A DNA stretch of 64,000 nucleotides from an uncultured Methanosarcinales archaeon. Lineage in GTDB: Archaea > Nanobdellota > Nanobdellia > Woesearchaeales > CAYMBN01. The notes beneath the pieces were generated by a model, which made no database searches, was not told the origin of the DNA, and saw only the letters and a list, made by a program, of their open reading frames with translations. The stretch covers positions 12,962-76,961 of the forward strand of contig CAYMBN010000001.1 in the NCBI GenBank assembly GCA_964388715.1, written 5' to 3'. This document shows, piece by piece, positions 42,801 to 50,600 of the stretch (its first letter is position 1; each line of letters opens with the position of its first letter). The position numbers were made by a program, and so were the translations under genes.

Positions 42801-44087
42801 AACAACTTCATCATAATTATCTCTTTCATATATTTCTTTTATAACTGTAGAATTTTCAAATGAATCATAACAGTTTCTGTCTGTAAAATTTCCATCAGCC
42901 ATTGAAGGATAATCATCAAGGTTAATTGGAGTTGAATCTGAAAGAGAATATTCAATGTTTTTAACAATGCTTCCTTTTGGTAATTTGTGTTTTCTTATGG
43001 TGTATATGTTGATAATGTTTGGATTATCATAGTCATAAGAAAAGTCTGTTGAATTAATTAATCTAAAGGTTTTATTGCTAGTGTTTGAGTTTCTTACATT
43101 TGCAATGTTATAATCAAAGTTGAGTGTGTTTTCGAATTTTAGGTTTTCGTCGGATTGAATACTAAATCCTTGATAATTATAGTCTGCTGGAGAAACATAA
43201 TATTCTTTACATGGATTAAACCACTCATCCAAGTCCCACCAACCATGCCCTTTTTTAATGTATTCACTGTAAGCGTCAGGAACATTGACTCTGGTTAATG
43301 GATTTCCGTATAATGAGTAGGATTTTAAGACTAAGCCTGGCATGTTCTGGTCGTCTGGGTCTGTTGTTGTGTAATATTTTGATCGTGATCTTCTATAAAT
43401 ATCTCCAATTCTTTCTTGTTGGTCTAGATTACATAAAAGTGCTGTCATAAATTCAGATGATCTTACATCTTTTGGAGCGACAATTGTTGAATATCTTGTT
43501 AATTCACTAACATAACTTGGTTCATGTGGTAGTGCGAGTCCGCCCATTTCAATGTTCATTAAAAATAATGGGTTTGTTTCTGCGAATTTGTCTTTCCATT
43601 CTTTGACATTTTCTGGATAAATTTTGTCTGATTTAGTAATTTTTTTAGCATATATTCCAAAATCATCACTATCCATGTAAGATTCTAAGACAAATAATTC
43701 GTTTGGTTGGAATTTATTGATTTCATTGGTTATGGAATCATAACCACCTGTCCATTTTTTTGGTTTGTCCCAGAATTTTAGGTAAGACCATCTTGATCCT
43801 TCTGGAATATCGCCTTTGATGTTGTAATTATCTTCATCAAATCCTGCAACAATCATCTTGTTGCTAGTGAAATCTTCTAAGAAAGGCAATCTACTTGCTA
43901 AGTGTGTTGCGTGATGGATGTCAATTTGTTTTGTATCCAATTGATTGATTAAATCGTATGGTGAATCACCAACTAATCTTGAGATTGATGAATCTTCTTT
44001 AACAGTACCAGAAGTTCTTACTGCAGAGACTGTACTTATAATTAGTAAGATGATGATGCACATTCCTGTTATTATTTTTTTATTCAT
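27804..44087 (-). CDS. giant secreted Cys-rich modular surface protein (5427 aa), adhesin-like
   Basis: An uninterrupted 16.3-kb ORF with an N-terminal signal peptide ([22 protein letters not shown]). It carries cadherin/Ig-like modules (e.g. [20 protein letters not shown]), three LamG/ConA-like jelly-roll modules, a Cys-rich NNCGxCGxxC region, three MopE-like CDDxDxxINPxAxExCNxxDDDCDG repeats, a tandem array of more than 25 disulfide-type modules (WSEWS...[10 protein letters not shown], CTPDW.....TKSRI.[15 protein letters not shown]), and a C-terminal CARDB domain. It has very many NxS/T sequons. Confidence 0.85.
   Translation of the reverse strand: [5427 protein letters not shown]
27807..28130 (-). 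other. CARDB-like C-terminal domain of the 5427-aa protein
   Basis: [34 protein letters not shown].....[21 protein letters not shown] matches the CARDB pattern. Confidence 0.6.
28550..37300 (-). repeat. intragenic tandem array of related 50-65-aa Cys-rich modules, with near-identical stretches at the nucleotide level
   Basis: The reverse complement of TSWSEWS (ccattc[ga]ctccatga-type) recurs at roughly 28.67, 28.99, 29.30, 30.20, 30.94, 31.11, 33.59, 33.76, 34.38, 35.14 and 37.25 kb. At least 11 copies of ...[22 protein letters not shown].C and at least 8 copies of CTPDW....TKSRI.[15 protein letters not shown] were counted. Confidence 0.8.
35550..36320 (-). repeat. three MopE-like putative metal-binding repeats (CDDxDxxINPxAxExCNxxDDDCDGxxDEG)
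   Basis: [60 protein letters not shown] and [30 protein letters not shown]. Boundaries are approximate. Confidence 0.6.
39280..39830 (-). repeat. EGF-like Cys-rich region with three NNCGxCGxxC units
   Basis: [20 protein letters not shown] and [10 protein letters not shown] within a roughly 180-aa Cys-dense stretch. Boundaries are approximate. Confidence 0.5.
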
Positions 44088-44638
44088 ATTATCCAGTTTT
44101 TCCTCTTTTCCTTAACTTCTTGTAAGCTAAGTATTTCTGATTCAGGAACATTTTTTAGATCCATTAATTTATCATAAAGAGCTTTGATCTCTGGATCTGT
44201 TGATCTTTTATCAAGGTCTTTGTGTTTAAGTTTCAAGAGTTCGTAAGTTATGATGAATATTCTAAAGAATTGTTCTTTGATTTTCTTAATAAAATCTTGT
44301 TTGGAAATGTTGTAATCTAGTTTTCCTTCTTTGTTAGGGATCATTAGCTCTTTGTCTAATATTAATTTGTCTAAGAAGATTTTACCTTTAAGATCATATA
44401 AGAAATTGACTACTGCTTCTTCAATAGGAATATTTTCGTATTTTTTATAATTCTCTTTAATTAATTCAAATATTGTCTTTATGACCCAGGACCATTGCGC
44501 AAAGAAATTCCTATGATTAAAAAATTCATAACAAATTTCATGTTTGCAAAAATTTCTTAGGTATTTGCTTTCTTTTACTATTGTTATTGCTGGATGATGT
44601 TCTTTCCTTTCCATTTTTATATTAAAACTTTCATTCAT
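44084..44638 (-). CDS. hypothetical cytoplasmic protein (184 aa) between the two giant genes
   Basis: Lys-rich ORF with no signal peptide. It starts 10 nt after the 2792-aa gene stop, and its own stop overlaps the 5427-aa gene start by 4 nt (ATGA). Confidence 0.5.
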   Translation of the reverse strand: MNESFNIKMERKEHHPAITIVKESKYLRNFCKHEICYEFFNHRNFFAQWSWVIKTIFELIKENYKKYENIPIEEAVVNFLYDLKGKIFLDKLILDKELMIPNKEGKLDYNISKQDFIKKIKEQFFRIFIITYELLKLKHKDLDKRSTDPEIKALYDKLMDLKNVPESEILSLQEVKEKRKNWII

Positions 44639-44648
44639 TTAGTGCACC

Positions 44649-47600
44649 TCATACAAATATTGATAATAATTCGTCTGTATATCTTATTATTCTGTCAACT
44701 ACACTTGATTGTGCTACGTCATCAGCAATATCTAATAATCCACTTGCCCGATGGTATTCATCTGCTAAATTGCTGATAGCTGCTCCTTTAACACCTTTTC
44801 TTTTTATTATTCCCATGAATTTTTTATATACTCCAGGATTATGCCCTTTTGCCTGTGCTAATAAATTAGCTGTTCTATCTGGTAATACGGCAGGGTTGTC
44901 AATCAATGTTTCAAAATGAACTTTAGGATATGGAAGATTGTCAACATCAGATAAAACATGACCTGCAATGTGTTTTTTTGCAACGCTCTCTGTTAAAAAT
45001 TCTTCAAATTCTAATGGTAACTGTGATCTAACTTCTACAGGCAACTTTTGATTAATAAAATTGTGAGCAAATTCATGATTAATTACATTTTCTAGAACTT
45101 CTTTTGGATTAGCATTTTTTGAAACATAAATAATTTGTTCTTCAGCGTCAAGTCTGGCAGGAATTCCTTCTGGTAGATTATCAACAAATTCAATCTTCTT
45201 GATCTTTTTAGCTGCGTCATCTAGTGGGAGAGAGTTGTCTGCTTGTCCAATTGTTTTGATTAATTTCTTTTGCTGGACAGCATCATAAGTATCTGGAACT
45301 TGTTTTAGGAAATCATCAATACTACCATAAGCTTTTTTAATTTGAACGATTCCATCATCAAGATGCTTTAATTCATCTAAACTATCGCTTACCTTTACAG
45401 TAGCTTCTAAAGCATCGTCTGCATATTTGAGTGTATCATCGCTGAACTTTGCTAATTCTTCAATATCAGCTTTTTTCCAAGTCTCTGTTGTTTTATCCAT
45501 AATCTTTAATAACTTACTAGATGAATCTCCTTTCTTACTAGCTATCTTTGCTATGCTTTCTAGGACGTCATCACCTGCACTAGCGTGTTTCTTGACAACA
45601 CTTCCAATTGCATCTAATAGTTCGTCATTGTTTGTTAAGGCTGCTCTTTTGATGTTGGATTTCATAAAGACTTTTGTGAATGGTTTTATGAAATCGTCGT
45701 CAGCTATTTTTCCTGCCGAGTCAATGTTCTGTGCAATGACTTTAATGAATTGTGGATATTTTGCTTTTGGAACTTTAGTAAGAACACTTGCAGCATCACC
45801 TGATTTTACAGTGAATGATGTGGCTGCTCTTCTGTATAATGCGATTTCATCAGCACTTCCTGCCATTGTATCAACTGTTTTCATGAACTTGGCAACCCTG
45901 ATCTTACCTACTGCTTTACCTACACCATAAGAAGCAATTGGTGCTAATGTTAAACCACATTCAACAACCTCCATTGTGCCATTAGGAAGTCTGCCTCTTC
46001 TTACATAACATGTATCGATTGCATCTATTCCTGAAACTACCAAGTCTGTTATAAGAACTGCTTTTACAACTGCAGCACCACCGAGGTAGCCTGCACTTGC
46101 ACCAAAACTGATTGGGATTAAAGCTATTGATACTGCAGTAATAGTGTCGTGGAAAAGCATGTAACCTCTTCCATGGAGACTTTCATAAGTTCCATTTGGT
46201 AGGATTTCATCTGCAAAGCCATTGATTGTTTTTGGATTGTTTGTATTGAAAATGATTGCAGCACTGTCACCGTTCCAAACACTTGGTTCAATAGAGATAA
46301 CATCTTCAAACTCGCCTGTTGTGTACATTGGGTAACAGTTTAGAGCAGGGTTTGTTTCTTTTGTTCCAATAATAATTGGTACGTCTAGTGCATCGAATAA
46401 CCACCAATCTCCAAAGAGATTGAAATCATTACAATTAAGTTCACTACCTTGGATTTCACTGAAATATTCTTTTTTGTCAACTAATTTTTCTGCTACTAAT
46501 TTATTTTTGAAATTTTCAATTGCACTTCGCATTTCAGAAGTTACTGTGTTAGGAAGAATTATTTTTACTTCATTACCTCTTGTTGCTTCGTCATGTCTGA
46601 ATAATTCGTCTATGTTTGAGAAATCATATTCCATGTTTCTTTGTACCATGCTTTGGTCAGTGTACATGTTTTTGATGACAATATCGTCTGGCAATAATTT
46701 ACCAGGATCTGGGAAAGTCATGTCACTTAGTTCAGGACTAACTTGATCATAGAGTTGTTTCATAGGGCCTAATCCACTTATATAATAGAGATATTTTGCA
46801 TTAGACTTGATTGTGTTGTACCAAGGTCTTAACCAAGCAGGAAGTGAACCTGCTCTTATTGAATAAATTTCTCTACTGTGTGGAATAACATAATCATCTC
46901 CAACTAAAACTACATTACCTGCAAAACTTAATTGGTCTTGAATAAACTTGGTTACTTCTTGTGCATAAGAATTATCATTCATCTTTGGGAATAATCTGTC
47001 TTCAGAATATTCACTAAAAGGTATGTCAAAAGGATGTGTGTTATTATATTCATCTAAATGTTGAAATTGTAGATCTAAATCATGGACAACACCATAGTTT
47101 GCTGCTGCTTCTTCATAAACCTTGGTTAATAATAATTTGACTGCTTTTTCATCATTATAACGTCTTAATAGTTGTTTTTTGTTTGTGATATAAGCAATAA
47201 CTGGATCTTGTCCAATTGTATAGATTCTTTGTGAATCTTTGCCAAAAGTAAAAAGGTATGTTTTACTTGGTAATGAATTTACATAGAAATAACATTTATT
47301 ATCACCTTGATTATAATTTTGGTTTAAGCATGCATCTCCTTCAATTAATTCAAAGTTTGTTTCATCATATTCAAGTTGTGTGTCAGGGTCAACATAACCA
47401 TTGATTTTTACATTAACTCCCATAATAGTATGTTGTTGTTTGTTAAGTGTTATTCCTGGAGGTGCATCGTCTATTACAAGATCATAATTTCCAATATTAA
47501 CACAAGCTTCTTGATCAGCCATACATATTTGTTTTCTTGTGCAACCTGTGACATACATCCAATCTTTGTATTTTTCTTGTTGTTCACATCTGTATAATGC

Positions 47601-50600
47601 ATTGTCTTTGCATTTGAATTCGTCAATTGTGTTACATTGATCTTCATATTCTATTGGAATACAATCGTTAAAAATTTGTCCAAATCTACATTCTGTATCT
47701 GGTTCATGGTCAGTACAATCTTCATCACTATGGCATTGACAGTTTTCAGATGAACCATCTGGTAAACCTGTGCAAGGTCCATTGAATTCACATTTACCAT
47801 TACCTAAATTACAGGTTTCATTGTCAAAACATTTGTAAGCATCTTCTAAACATGAACATTCTGGGAAGGTTCCAAAAGGATGTACACATTCTCGTTCACC
47901 AACAATGTATGTTGCATAATTAAAATGTTCATAATTTCCTCCACTAGGATGGAGATAAGTGCCTGCAATGATTCTAAATTCATCATCCCAAGCACTTGCT
48001 TTTGGAGTATTATCATCACAATCATTCACTGAACTTCTGTTTGGAGCAATTACTTCAAATTCAACATCTTCTGTTTGGCCTGGTTCAAGTTCTTCAATTA
48101 TTTTGTAATCATAAAATTTGTTTCCAGGACAGATTTCGATAATGTTATCAATAACTGTTTGAGTTGAAAAAGGTTCTAAAGGATAAATAATATCTCTCCA
48201 ACTTTCTGGAACAACAGCACCTTCAATAAATATGTTTCCTGTAACTGTTCCTTGATTTTTTACTTGTGCTGTGAAAGTAACTACTTGATTTTCTTCTGCT
48301 TCATCTGGATTAACATTTTTTATTGTTTCTATGATTATGTCAGAATAACAATCATCTTCACAATTATATTCTGTTTCACCATCTTCGCAAATACCATCTC
48401 CGCATAATGGCACACATTCATGTGTTGTTGTATCACAACCACCTGGACAGTCTCTAAACTTCCATAAACCATCTTCTTCTGTACAATATAAACCTCCTCT
48501 TTGGTCACATGCATTTAGATGACCCCACAAGTTTGAACAAGGTGCCCAACCAAGATTATCTTCACAGAAATATTGAGGATAAGCTGTGTCTTCGCTATCA
48601 TCTTCATCATCACCTGAACAACAGAATGTATCAACTTCATTACATGTTTTCCAAAAGTAACTTGTACATTGATTATCATTACAAATTGGAGTGACTTCTA
48701 TGCTTTGTTCTCCTGTTGATGAATAATAATCTTCACCACATGCAGAGTATGCACCTGCTATTACAACAAATGAATCTCCCCAAGCAGAGTTTGGTGGTGG
48801 GTCTTGATCACATGCGTCAACTGATATTTTTGATGGTGCTTTTAAATTAAATGCAGAGTATCTTTGTTCACCTGGATCACGTGTTACTTCTTTAGTTGCA
48901 AAATAAGTGTTGTTTTCACAGCAACCTGTGATTCGATGTGAGCTAGATGTTTGACCAGTGAAATCTTGAGTATAAAAGTCTGAAGCATACATGCCTACTT
49001 CAACTTTTCCTGTTTGAATTACTGTTCCATCATTTCTTATTGAAACATTAATTGTAATATTTTCATCTTCCTCAACAGAGGATTGTAATTGGAAAAAGCC
49101 TACTATTACTAAACAATCTTTTGGACAATCTTCTCCTGGGTGACAGGTTCCATCACCGCATGAAGGTGTGATACATTGACCATCAGAACAACCATGAGTG
49201 CAATCTTCTGTTAAATAAGAACAACTACCACTTAAGCAAGATCCACTATATTTTCTTGTGTCGCCATCACATGTATCATCACAAGTTACTCCTGTACATG
49301 GGTCAGGGTTACATTGTTCACCAGAACAACCATGTTCACATTCTCTAAACATCCATAAGCCATCTTCTTGTGTACAATATAAGTCATCTCTTTGTTCACA
49401 TCCTTCTAGATGTCCCCATAGGTTTGAACAAGCTGACCAGTCAAAGTTATCTTCACAATAATATTGTGGATAAGCTGTGTCAGAATTTCCATCACTCTCA
49501 TCACCTGAACAACAAAAGGTATCTACTTCATTACATGTTCTCCAATGGTAGCTTGTACATTGGTCATCATCACAAATAGGTGTAATATCTATACTTTGCT
49601 CTTCTGTTGTTGAGTCATAACCACTGCCACACTCTGAATATGAGCCTGCAATTATTACAAATGAATCTCCCCAAGCAGAGTTTGGTGGTGGGTCTTGATC
49701 ACATGCGTCAACTGAGAGTTTAGATGGGGTTGTTAAATAAAAAGTAGTAGTTTGTCTCTCACCTGCTCCGCGAGTTACTTGTCTTGTATCAAAATATTTG
49801 TTTTCTTCGCAACAACCTGTAATGCCTTCGGAACTTCCGTGTGTTGTAAAATCTTGTGTATAAAAATCACTAGAATAAATGCCTACTTCTACCTTACTTG
49901 TTTGAGAAACTGTTCCAATGTTTTCTATTATAACTTTAACTGTAACATTTTTATCTTCTTCAAATGAAGATGGTAATTCGTAAAAGCCAGCTATAACTAA
50001 ACAATCTTTTGGGCAGTTTTCTCCTTGGTGACATGTTCCATCACCGCATGTTGCTGTGATACATGATCCACTGGAACAACCGTGGGTACATGATTCTGTG
50101 TTTGAATAATAACAAGTGCCTCCTGAACAATATCCATTATATTTTCTTGTATTACCATCACATGTATCACCACAATTTTTATTTGCACATGGATCAACAT
50201 CACATTGGTAAGTGCTTGGGTTGCATCGTTCATCAGAGTCGCAACTTCTATAGCTTTGCCAAGAGTCCCATGAAGTACTTCCACTGCAAGAAGAACTTGA
50301 TCCAGAACAATATCTTCTTTTGTATCTTCTACCTACATCATCTCCTAAATCAGTGCCCCATGGACAACCATACTCTGTATCATATTGATAATTACATGTC
50401 CAAGATGATGGTCTATAATATCCATAAGAATCACAACAACTTCCAGAAGTACAGTCTCTTAAATCAACTTCAAATTCATATTCAACAACAGTATTTTCTG
50501 GAATGTTTTTTGATATTTCATGGTTATAATCTTCATTAGTTACTAAATTAAGACCTTTTATTTGTATTTCGTGAGTTCCAGCTGAAAGTTCATAATCTGG

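Noticed and set aside
43188-44087. N-terminal roughly 300 aa of the 5427-aa protein as a clan-CD (gingipain/clostripain-like) cysteine peptidase (candidate dyad His in GGLALPHEP, Cys in MTALLCNLD)
   Set aside because: The His-to-Cys spacing is compatible. However, the His is not followed by the near-invariant Gly, and there is no other block I can align from memory. The evidence is too weak for a call, so I leave it as an unassigned globular N-domain.
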